DNA from: Thermoanaerobaculia bacterium
GTDB taxonomy: Bacteria > Acidobacteriota > Thermoanaerobaculia > Gp7-AA8
Direction: 5' to 3'
Assembly (NCBI GenBank): GCA_051953135.1
Contig: JBQCJC010000419.1
Location: 1-43,350 of the forward strand
DNA length: 43,350 nucleotides
A model generated the notes under the pieces. It was given only the letters and a program-made list of their open reading frames with translations, was not told the DNA's origin and searched no databases. Below, one piece after another: positions 18,580 to 26,552 of the stretch. The translations under genes were made by a program, and so were the position numbers. Within the stretch, counting starts at the first letter, position 1. Every line of letters begins with the position of its first letter.

Positions 18580-19754
18580 TGAACGTTCCGCACGAAACGG
18601 TGCTCGCGGTGCAGCGCCATTTTCTCGGCACATTGCGCGCGCCGGTGAAAAACTGGCTGGAGGTCGATGGCGCGACGAGACTTGTCCTCATCGGCGAAGG
18701 TCTCCGCGCCGAGTCTGACGAATGCATCCTCGATTTAGGGATCGTCGATGTACAGTCACCGGCACGGCGCACAGTCCGTGTATTGACGGAAGCTGGTGAA
18801 TCCGTCGAAGTTGATGCGGCAACTCTTCCATCCTGGGCGGAATGCGAAACGTCCACGAACGCGATCACGGTCAAAACGCGTTGTAATGACGAAGGCCACC
18901 ACCGCGGGGCAATCCGTCTCGTCATTTCAGGCAGGCATGGCGAGCGCGAAGAAACGCTTCAATTACGGGTCGTCAGTAGAAAACAGCACCCCGTCGCGGC
19001 ATTCGATTTCGACGGATCGCCGGAACCGCACGCATTCGATTTCGGCGATCACGGCCATGCAGTAACGATCGGCGTCCACAATGACTCCGCGGTACCGCTG
19101 ACGGTTAGCTTCTCGGATCTGCCCTATTGGTTGACATTCGAAATTGAAGGCAGCCGCCGCGCCGGGCCGTTGCAAGGACGCTTTTTCGAGCGCAAAGCGC
19201 CGTTTACCGTTGCGATCCGACCGCATTTCCTGGGCCGCCATCGCGGTGTGATGCGCTTACAGACGAATGACCCGCGGCCGGAACTGCAGGACATCGAGCT
19301 CAATTTCAGCGGCTCAATGGCCGATCCACAACCGCACCTGCGCGCCATCACGCCCAAACCGGTGTCCGCGCGTACCGACCAGCCGCTCATGACCATGGTG
19401 CAGCTCGAGAACTGGGGACGGCTTCCCGCCCGCGTGCTCTGTAGCGCGGCGCCGCCTGCAATTGCAGTCGCGAAAATCCCACCGGTACCTGCCGCGGACG
19501 ACGGCGTCCCCGGCAGCGCGATTCTTCCGATCGGAATTTCTCCGGACCTGCTTACTCCCGGTACGCATCACCTCGTGCTGTCCTTACAAATCGATGGAGG
19601 TGAGCCGCCGAAAATCGCGGTTCCGATCCGCATCGATGTGACGGCAGCACCAGCGCGTCCCAAAAGCGTGATGCGGCCCGAAGTCATCATCGCAGTTGTA
19701 TTACTGCTCCTGCTGACTGTCCTGTTCGTCTTTGCAAGCCGAGGCTGGTCATGA
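18579..19754 (+). CDS. Tail-anchored protein with about three Ig-like (PapD/ASH-like) beta-sandwich repeats
   Basis: 391 aa, TGATG overlap with the upstream gene. No signal peptide. Repeats recur roughly every 100 aa with patterns such as AVTIGVHNDSAVPLTVSF and TMVQLENWGRLPARV. C-terminal TM VIIAVVLLLLLTVLFVFA. Confidence 0.62.
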   Translation: MNVPHETVLAVQRHFLGTLRAPVKNWLEVDGATRLVLIGEGLRAESDECILDLGIVDVQSPARRTVRVLTEAGESVEVDAATLPSWAECETSTNAITVKTRCNDEGHHRGAIRLVISGRHGEREETLQLRVVSRKQHPVAAFDFDGSPEPHAFDFGDHGHAVTIGVHNDSAVPLTVSFSDLPYWLTFEIEGSRRAGPLQGRFFERKAPFTVAIRPHFLGRHRGVMRLQTNDPRPELQDIELNFSGSMADPQPHLRAITPKPVSARTDQPLMTMVQLENWGRLPARVLCSAAPPAIAVAKIPPVPAADDGVPGSAILPIGISPDLLTPGTHHLVLSLQIDGGEPPKIAVPIRIDVTAAPARPKSVMRPEVIIAVVLLLLLTVLFVFASRGWS

Positions 19755-22600
19755 GCACCAATCGAGTTGCAGAGTGCCGGTATTGTCATCAATGGCAGAT
19801 CTCAGTTGACGACACCTATTGTGGGTTTTGCGGACGACTGCAACTACTGCTCGAACTCGACAAAGAGTCGATCGTTCTGATCTCGACGCTCGCGCCGGAA
19901 AAAGTACTGAAGCTTCGGAACGATTCGACTCACCACATGACGGTCGAGATTCGTCCGCGCGAAGGGGCGCCAATTCCGGGGATTGCGTTCGAGCCCGGCC
20001 CGCGACTCGAAATTGGCCCTAAAAGTGAGGTCGCCGTTCGGGTCGGTGTTGATGCCAATCAATTACCGGCCGGATTTCAGCGTGTTACGGATTATGCGTG
20101 CATCGTCGACGGTGATACTCGCAAACAACGTGCGGTGCGATTTGACGTTCGTTCCGGGCCACGGCCCAAACTCTTCACTCCTACGCTCGATTTTCAAGAC
20201 ATTGAGGAAGGTAAAGGTGTCGAACGATCCATTCATCTCGCGAACACCGGCAGCGTAACGCTATCCATTCGCGCAGTCCGGGTAAACGGAAATCCCCACC
20301 TCACGATCCGTGGAGATTACGCAAAGCATCGAATCGCGGCTGGCGAGCGCTTGTCGATTTCGGTGTTATGGGAAACGAAAAGCGGAGCGACGTTCGATCC
20401 TAAGGCATCGGGCGTTCAAATCGAATTTGATAATTATCCTGAGCCGCTCCTCATCCCGGCGAATGCCCGAATTTACCGATATCGCATCGACGCTCAGCCA
20501 GCGACTGTGCGGTTCTCGCAAGCATTGGCGAAACGCGACCACGCAATGACTGTTCGGCTGGAAAATCAGGGAACCACCGATGTCGAAGTGCTCGCCATCG
20601 AGAGCAATCAACCGTGGATTCACATACTCTCGCGAGCCGCACAATTCACACTGCTCTGCGACGATCCGGCAAAAACGAATCCGCTTTCACCCACCACGTT
20701 TCTGCGAACGTTCGAATTTCGCGTGCTGTGCCGTCCAACTGAGCTCGCCAAAGGGAAACACGACGGCACAGTGACGATCCGTCCGCGGGGACAAGCATCC
20801 ATTTCGATCCCTGTCGAAATCACAGTCGTCGAACCACGTGAGTATCACGACTATGTCGGCATCGACTTCGGGACCACAAACTCTGTCGTTGCCGTGCTCA
20901 GTAGCGATCATGATAGTGGCGTAGATCTCGTCAAGGACGACCTGTCCGGCCGTGAGCTGATTCCAAGCGTTCTCGTTTTCGACGACCCGGAGACGTACAA
21001 GATCGGGCAGGCAGCGCGGAACGAAGCCGATACCGCGCCGGACCGCACGGTGCGTTCAATTAAGCGCGTCATGGGTTACGAACGTGAGCGCGACTTCTTT
21101 GACCGGTCCTATACAGCGGCCGAACTGGCATCTCTGATCATCAGGCGCCTGGTCCAACTGGCCGAACAAAAAATCCACACCGATTCGACAAACGGCCACC
21201 ATTACACGATCCGCCGCGCGATCATCACGGTTCCCGCGAATTTTCACGACCTCCAGATTCGCGACGTTCTCGCTGCCTGTGAGGCCGCAGGGCTCGATAC
21301 CGAGGAAGAACGCGCGAGGAAAGTTGCCGCGCATACGAGCAGCGTCATTGGGGCGATGGTCAATGCCGGCGTAATTCTGGATGAGCCTTCGGCGGCGGTG
21401 CTGTACTACCTCGATTTTCTACGCCGCCGGCGAAAGGCATCCGACATCATGCAGGCCATTGCGCGCGAGCAAGGCCTGAAACTGCTCGTATTCGATTATG
21501 GCGGAGGCACACTCGACGTCGCGATCGCCACGGCAACGCAGTTACCAGGCGGCGGCACCGGCCTGCGCATCATTACGAGCCTCGGCAATAACGAAATCGG
21601 TGGCGATTACATCGACGTGTTGTTCATGCAGGAGTTGCTGCGTCGATGTCAGGACCTGTCATTGCCGCATTTCGAGTTCGAGACTTCGCTCGTCTCCTGC
21701 ACGTTCCGCGAATTGCAGCGACGTTGCGACGCGGAAGGATGGAGCCGCGAAACGTGGCGAGAGCTCCTCCGGATCCGCGCGCAATGGAAAGATCTGGCGG
21801 AACAGACCAAGATCCGGATCGCCGAAGACAAACAAACGCCCATCGACATTCCGCCGGATCTCATTGTGCGGCTCACCAGCAGCGGGCTCGATAAATCGAC
21901 TCGCGCGGTAAAAATCGCACCGCTGCCGAACGACACGATCCACAACATCCTCCAGCCCGTGCTCGCACGATGCCGGTCACTCATTGAAAGACTTCTCTCG
22001 CTGGCCGGAGTCAATGCCAGCGAGATCGATTACATCCTGCATACAGGCCGTCAAAGCCTGCTCCCGCAAATCCGCGGCTGCGTCCGAGACCTCTTCCCGG
22101 AACTGGCGGACGATCGCGATCTCCTTGAACAAGAACACCTGAAGATCTGTGTCGCGAAAGGCGCGGCGCTCTATGGCTCGATGCGTAATCGTCTCGTCAC
22201 GCCGGACGCAAAGATCGTTTTATTGAGCGACGGGCGCCGGCTGCCCCACAGTTACGGCGTCGAGACGTTCACGAATCCAGTCGAGCCCGAGCTCGACGAA
22301 ATCATCGAACGCGGCGAGCAATATCCAGTCGAGCGAACGAAAACCTATCCCGCCGCAATGATTCCGCCGAGCGGCACGCTCAATTTGAAGTTCTATCAAA
22401 ACAACGGCACCGACATTCGCATCATTGGGAATCGCGACGTCACTCTGATTGGCCAGATTTCGATCGAGACGAGTAGCACCGATGGATGTGACGTGACCTT
22501 CAGTGTCAGCGCGAACCGCACGCTCAATGTCGAAGCCAACGGCCGGCCGGTCACGATCGAGCCGGCTCGACTGCATGAAGAAGAAAGCTGGATGGGATGA
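19751..22600 (+). CDS. Non-canonical Hsp70 (DnaK-family) ATPase: N-terminal Zn ribbon + about three Ig-like repeats + NBD + SBD-beta, no helical lid
   Basis: 949 aa, ATGA overlap. Zn ribbon CRYCHQ...CGFCG (nt 19775..19831). Ig-like repeats: LKLRNDSTHHMTVEI, IHLANTGSVTLSI, VRLENQGTTDVEV. Hsp70 NBD motifs: VGIDFGTTNSVVAV (nt 20855..20884), AIITVPANFHDLQIRD, ILDEPSAAVLYY, LLVFDYGGGTLDVAI, GNNEIGGDYID, ILHTGRQSLLPQI. SBD-beta-like LPHSYGVETF...CDVTFSVSANRTLNVEANG. The protein ends about 15 aa later. Confidence 0.88.
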   Translation: MSTNRVAECRYCHQWQISVDDTYCGFCGRLQLLLELDKESIVLISTLAPEKVLKLRNDSTHHMTVEIRPREGAPIPGIAFEPGPRLEIGPKSEVAVRVGVDANQLPAGFQRVTDYACIVDGDTRKQRAVRFDVRSGPRPKLFTPTLDFQDIEEGKGVERSIHLANTGSVTLSIRAVRVNGNPHLTIRGDYAKHRIAAGERLSISVLWETKSGATFDPKASGVQIEFDNYPEPLLIPANARIYRYRIDAQPATVRFSQALAKRDHAMTVRLENQGTTDVEVLAIESNQPWIHILSRAAQFTLLCDDPAKTNPLSPTTFLRTFEFRVLCRPTELAKGKHDGTVTIRPRGQASISIPVEITVVEPREYHDYVGIDFGTTNSVVAVLSSDHDSGVDLVKDDLSGRELIPSVLVFDDPETYKIGQAARNEADTAPDRTVRSIKRVMGYERERDFFDRSYTAAELASLIIRRLVQLAEQKIHTDSTNGHHYTIRRAIITVPANFHDLQIRDVLAACEAAGLDTEEERARKVAAHTSSVIGAMVNAGVILDEPSAAVLYYLDFLRRRRKASDIMQAIAREQGLKLLVFDYGGGTLDVAIATATQLPGGGTGLRIITSLGNNEIGGDYIDVLFMQELLRRCQDLSLPHFEFETSLVSCTFRELQRRCDAEGWSRETWRELLRIRAQWKDLAEQTKIRIAEDKQTPIDIPPDLIVRLTSSGLDKSTRAVKIAPLPNDTIHNILQPVLARCRSLIERLLSLAGVNASEIDYILHTGRQSLLPQIRGCVRDLFPELADDRDLLEQEHLKICVAKGAALYGSMRNRLVTPDAKIVLLSDGRRLPHSYGVETFTNPVEPELDEIIERGEQYPVERTKTYPAAMIPPSGTLNLKFYQNNGTDIRIIGNRDVTLIGQISIETSSTDGCDVTFSVSANRTLNVEANGRPVTIEPARLHEEESWMG

Positions 22601-24021
22601 CACGGCTGATGATCGACATCGGTGGGCGAGTTCTATCGGCCGCCCTGGCATTCGACGATGGCCAGATCATTCCGATCAGCCAGGAAATCCGGAACACCGC
22701 GACGCGGTATGTCGCCACCGAGATTCTGTTCGAGCCTCGCGTTCCGGAGCATCGTGATTTCACGTGGGACGATTCGCTCGAGTCCCTCGGCAAAGCGAGC
22801 GCTCGCGATTTCTTTCAACGTGCAAGGCGCATTGGATTGCGCCGGCCGTGGGATCCGCAACTTTCCACCGACGTCGTGTCAATCACACCTCCCCTGTCGG
22901 TTTTGTCGTCGCCTGCCGCCATCGCGGACACACATGCACAGCACTGGCTACCGCGTTTCGCAATCGCGATGATCGATGCTCTTCTGGAGCCGATATTCGG
23001 TTTTGTTGCAGAGCGACGGATCGCGTCAGAAAGCGTCGATGTCGTTGTGATCATTCCGTCGTATGCGAGCCGAATCGCTCGTCGAGGAATTACGCGACTG
23101 GTCCGGCACCGCGGGTTTCGGAGCGTATTACTCCTTCGCCGCGAAATTGCCGCCGCAATGACATTTCTCGAGAACAGTGGCGTGTGTGACGTCGCCGACT
23201 CTACACACGATGATCTCCAACTTCACAGAGTCGCTCTGTACCGCGATGACGAGCGAATGACGTTCAAGACAGTCCACTCGTCCCTGCATAAAGACCTCGG
23301 CTGGCATCACTGGGCGTCGCGTATCGCATCTGCGATCGGAACAACCCCGGCACCGGCATTCGATCGTGCACTGCTGTCGGCATTGAGCGGCTCGCCATCA
23401 TCATCGACGCCATTGCCTCACTCGACCATTGAGCGCGCATTGGCACAGATCCAACTCGATGACGATCTCCGTAATGCGCTCCGTGGCGACGCGTCGAGCG
23501 TCTACATCGGCGAGCTGGCCTCGGTTGACGCCATACGCGAGCGAATTCGCGGAATCGCGGTAACGCGCACCTCGGAAGAAATTCTTAGAGCCGTAGCCGC
23601 AACGATGCAATGGCGCGATCACCGCGACACGCGACGCATTTGTGTCGCGCCGCGGGGAACGCTTCGCCTCGATACATTGCATGGCACCACGATCGAGCTA
23701 CTACGACCAGGGCAACTTCCCGCGCCCGGAGAATCGTGTGTCATCCAGCAGGAACTGCGCATTACAGGAGAGCAGGCGCCGCTGAATTCCGTCCTGGTGC
23801 ATCTACTGTGGGGTGGCAACAGCACAATCGAGGGCAACGCCACCATTTCCGCGATGCGAGTGCCATTGCATGGCGCGTCCGGTGAGAGATTGCGCCTCGC
23901 AATTCGACTGCATCGCAGCCGTGGCGGTGCCTTACTGCACGGATTCATCGAGGCGCACAGTTCACGCGGCGGCATTCCCGTGCGTGCCCGCTTCACCGAG
24001 GATTTGGAGGTGACGAGATGA
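22597..24021 (+). CDS. Degenerate Hsp70/actin-fold paralog (probably ATPase-impaired partner)
   Basis: 474 aa, ATGA overlap. MIDIGGRVLSAAL sits where IGIDLGTTNS would be but lacks the TT. VVVIIPSYASRIARRGITRLVRHRGFRSVLLLRREIAAAMTF parallels the Hsp70 ITVPAYF...AG...EP(T/S)AAA block. The C-terminus (RLRLAIRLHRSRGGALLHGFIEA) resembles the end of SBD-beta. Confidence 0.55.
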   Translation: MTRLMIDIGGRVLSAALAFDDGQIIPISQEIRNTATRYVATEILFEPRVPEHRDFTWDDSLESLGKASARDFFQRARRIGLRRPWDPQLSTDVVSITPPLSVLSSPAAIADTHAQHWLPRFAIAMIDALLEPIFGFVAERRIASESVDVVVIIPSYASRIARRGITRLVRHRGFRSVLLLRREIAAAMTFLENSGVCDVADSTHDDLQLHRVALYRDDERMTFKTVHSSLHKDLGWHHWASRIASAIGTTPAPAFDRALLSALSGSPSSSTPLPHSTIERALAQIQLDDDLRNALRGDASSVYIGELASVDAIRERIRGIAVTRTSEEILRAVAATMQWRDHRDTRRICVAPRGTLRLDTLHGTTIELLRPGQLPAPGESCVIQQELRITGEQAPLNSVLVHLLWGGNSTIEGNATISAMRVPLHGASGERLRLAIRLHRSRGGALLHGFIEAHSSRGGIPVRARFTEDLEVTR

Positions 24022-25274
24022 GGAAGTGCTTTGCGATCCTTTTCCTGGCATGGGTGGCGGCGCCCTTACGCGCGGCGACGCCTCTTGTGATTGCATCGAA
24101 AAGCGAGCCTGCGAAAGCCGTTAAGACCGTGGCCGACGAAAGAGTGACTGAGCTCGAGCAGATCGTACGCGCACAACAGGCGCTTCTCGTCGCCCAGGCA
24201 CGACTCACTGCACAACATGCGGCCATTGCACGAGAACGCGCCACGCCATCGGTGCCACCACCGAATCATCTGCTACCCGTCGTCGCCGCATCGGCAGGAA
24301 CGGTTGCCGTATTCCTACTGCTGTTTCTCATCGTCTTTCGCAAGCCGGTACCGTTTCCCAAATGGGATGACCTCCCCGTCGTCAGAGAATTGAACAACAC
24401 ACTCGCGAATCTGCAATCAGCCGCGCGTACAGTGGAAGATCGTCTACAGAAATTGCTGAACGAGTTTCATCCCGAAACGATCCTCACAGTCGATCACCTC
24501 AATGCGCTTGCGACCGAGGCACGCAGCCTCCGCGCGGATCTCGCCGAAATTCAACTGGCCTTATCCAAAGATCATTCGTCCGTAACGGACAGCCCCGTCA
24601 CTTACGATCAGGTTCGCGTCGAGCACGAAATCCTCGCAGAGCATTGGAAAGAATTTCAGAAAAAAGAGCTCATCGTTCCGGACACAGAGCAGGAACCCTG
24701 GGAGCCATTGGTTAAGGATCTCGGCACCTGTATCCCTGACGATCTCAAACCATCGTTCGACAGTGTCACCGCTCCATGGCGCGAGCACCGCCACCTCCTG
24801 AATCGAATCGGACTCATTCCCCGCATCGCCGCCGGAACGTTTCAATCGCTGTCCTCACCGGCTGCAGAGGTCAAACGCACGCGTGAGCTTGCGTCCCTCC
24901 TGGTCTCTGTACAAACACCGGAAGGATCGGGGCGCCTCCAGTTCCGATTCAAGAACTGGATCACCGACACGTTCCTGCAGTTCGCGGATGTTTATCTGCA
25001 ACGCCATCAACAAACGTTGCTCGAGCACCCGGGTGACTCCTTGCAGAAAGGCGCAGTTCTCGTTCGCCAGATTCTTCGCATGGCAGCGGTCGAGGCGATC
25101 GAGGTCGTGCCCGGAGTGACGTCCTTCGACAGCACACGCCACATCGGTCGCTCCACCTCCAGCGACCCGCGCTTTGGCGACGGTGTCATTACAGGCGTAG
25201 TCCGAAATGGATTCATCGAAGGCGGGCGGCAGATCATCCGGCAGCCGGAAGTAATCGTGAATCGCCCGCGATGA
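24018..25274 (+). CDS. Membrane-spanning GrpE-like nucleotide-exchange-factor candidate
   Basis: 418 aa, ATGA overlap. N-terminal signal-like MRKCFAILFLAWVAAPLRA, about 60 aa of coiled coil, TM LLPVVAASAGTVAVFLLLFLIVF then RK. C-terminus VEAIEVVPGVTSFDSTRHIGRSTSSDPRFGDGVITGVVRNGFIEGGRQIIRQPEVIVNR matches the GrpE beta-domain pattern (V..I...G..FD...H.......G.I..V...G....G...R...V.V). Confidence 0.55.
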   Translation: MRKCFAILFLAWVAAPLRAATPLVIASKSEPAKAVKTVADERVTELEQIVRAQQALLVAQARLTAQHAAIARERATPSVPPPNHLLPVVAASAGTVAVFLLLFLIVFRKPVPFPKWDDLPVVRELNNTLANLQSAARTVEDRLQKLLNEFHPETILTVDHLNALATEARSLRADLAEIQLALSKDHSSVTDSPVTYDQVRVEHEILAEHWKEFQKKELIVPDTEQEPWEPLVKDLGTCIPDDLKPSFDSVTAPWREHRHLLNRIGLIPRIAAGTFQSLSSPAAEVKRTRELASLLVSVQTPEGSGRLQFRFKNWITDTFLQFADVYLQRHQQTLLEHPGDSLQKGAVLVRQILRMAAVEAIEVVPGVTSFDSTRHIGRSTSSDPRFGDGVITGVVRNGFIEGGRQIIRQPEVIVNRPR

Positions 25275-25286
25275 CGGAGAACGAGC

Positions 25287-26552
25287 GTGACTTGTCCCTA
25301 CGCTGTGGCCAATTGCCGGCCGCCGGCCTCGCGCAACGCGCGAACATGCAAATGCGGCGGAATGCTCAAGCCGTGTTCGGCTTGTGAGACGCCGAATCGT
25401 GCGTTCGCAAACTTCTGCCGTTCCTGCGGTGAATCGCTGCCGTCAACGAACACAAACTGGACTGCCCATCGGGGCAATGGCCGCCGTCTCGGATTGAACC
25501 CCGTCACAGTCGGGTCGCCTTACCTCATAGACCGCGTACAAATGACGCTAAGGCTTGGCGATTCGTGCAGCAGCCTGCTCGGGTATGACGGACACCTCGT
25601 CGCCGTTTCAATCAAAGGACTCGTCGAAATTGTGGAACCGGCTCGTAATCAAAGCGTCTGCCGGTTTCAGGTCGCGGGCGCAGTCACGTCCGATCCCTGC
25701 ATTCACAACGGCGTCCTGTACGTCACCGCGGGGCGTCAGCTCGTGGCTTACGCATTATCGTCGTTAACGCTCAATCCTCCGCGCGTGCGTCCATTGTGGA
25801 GCATTTCGCTCGACGCAACCCCGGTGCATCCGCTTACGGTTGCCGGCGGGCGACTGTACGTGACTCTCGCAAATCGCGACGGGCGTGAAGTGCATGTTCT
25901 CGACGACCTGCTTCATCCAGCGAACACCCGCCTGCTGTACGGTGCGCGGCAAGTGAGCTGGGTCGCCGCCGATCCCCAAAGCACACGGGCCTTGTTCTTT
26001 AGCGATGACGGCGATGGCAACGTCCAATTGCATACTGTCGATCGCGACCTAATCACGAAACCTGTACTGGTCGACCGGCTTGGGCAATCGGCGATCGCGG
26101 TCATCGGCGATTCTGTCTTCGGCAGTTTCGGCGAAACGAATCGTCTGTACAGAATCGATTCGACATCGGGATCGATCGAAGAGCCGCTCGAAGACGACAC
26201 GCAGCTCTTTGCGCTTTCGGCGGATGGCGACGATGAATGGGATCGCGATGCGGTCTACGTCGACACCAGCGGCGTCTCATTTGTCCGGCCGGGCGTACGC
26301 GATACGTTCGAACCGCACGATCGCGCGACAAAGGGATCGCCACTGATGATTCGCGACAGCGCCGTCTTGATCGGGATGCAGGATGGACGCGTACGCATCT
26401 ATGACGTCGCGCATTTACCAAGTTACGAAACGTGGCTCGTCGCAGGCGGTTCTGCAATCACCGCGCTTGCGTCTTTCGAGTCGTATGTCGCGGCTGGCAA
26501 TACCAACGGATTCGTCGAAGTGCGACAAATTCGCGCGAGAGGGCGCTCGTAA
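25287..26552 (+). CDS. Zn-ribbon protein fused to a PQQ/WD40-like beta-propeller
   Basis: 421 aa, GTG 25287 (alternative ATG 25362). Cys clusters CKCGG..CSAC...FCRSCG. Repeated blade-like segments: GVLYVTAGRQLVAYAL, GGRLYVTLANRDGREVHVLD, AVLIGMQDGRVRIYDV, YVAAGNTNGFVEVRQI. Confidence 0.68.
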   Translation: MTCPYAVANCRPPASRNARTCKCGGMLKPCSACETPNRAFANFCRSCGESLPSTNTNWTAHRGNGRRLGLNPVTVGSPYLIDRVQMTLRLGDSCSSLLGYDGHLVAVSIKGLVEIVEPARNQSVCRFQVAGAVTSDPCIHNGVLYVTAGRQLVAYALSSLTLNPPRVRPLWSISLDATPVHPLTVAGGRLYVTLANRDGREVHVLDDLLHPANTRLLYGARQVSWVAADPQSTRALFFSDDGDGNVQLHTVDRDLITKPVLVDRLGQSAIAVIGDSVFGSFGETNRLYRIDSTSGSIEEPLEDDTQLFALSADGDDEWDRDAVYVDTSGVSFVRPGVRDTFEPHDRATKGSPLMIRDSAVLIGMQDGRVRIYDVAHLPSYETWLVAGGSAITALASFESYVAAGNTNGFVEVRQIRARGRS

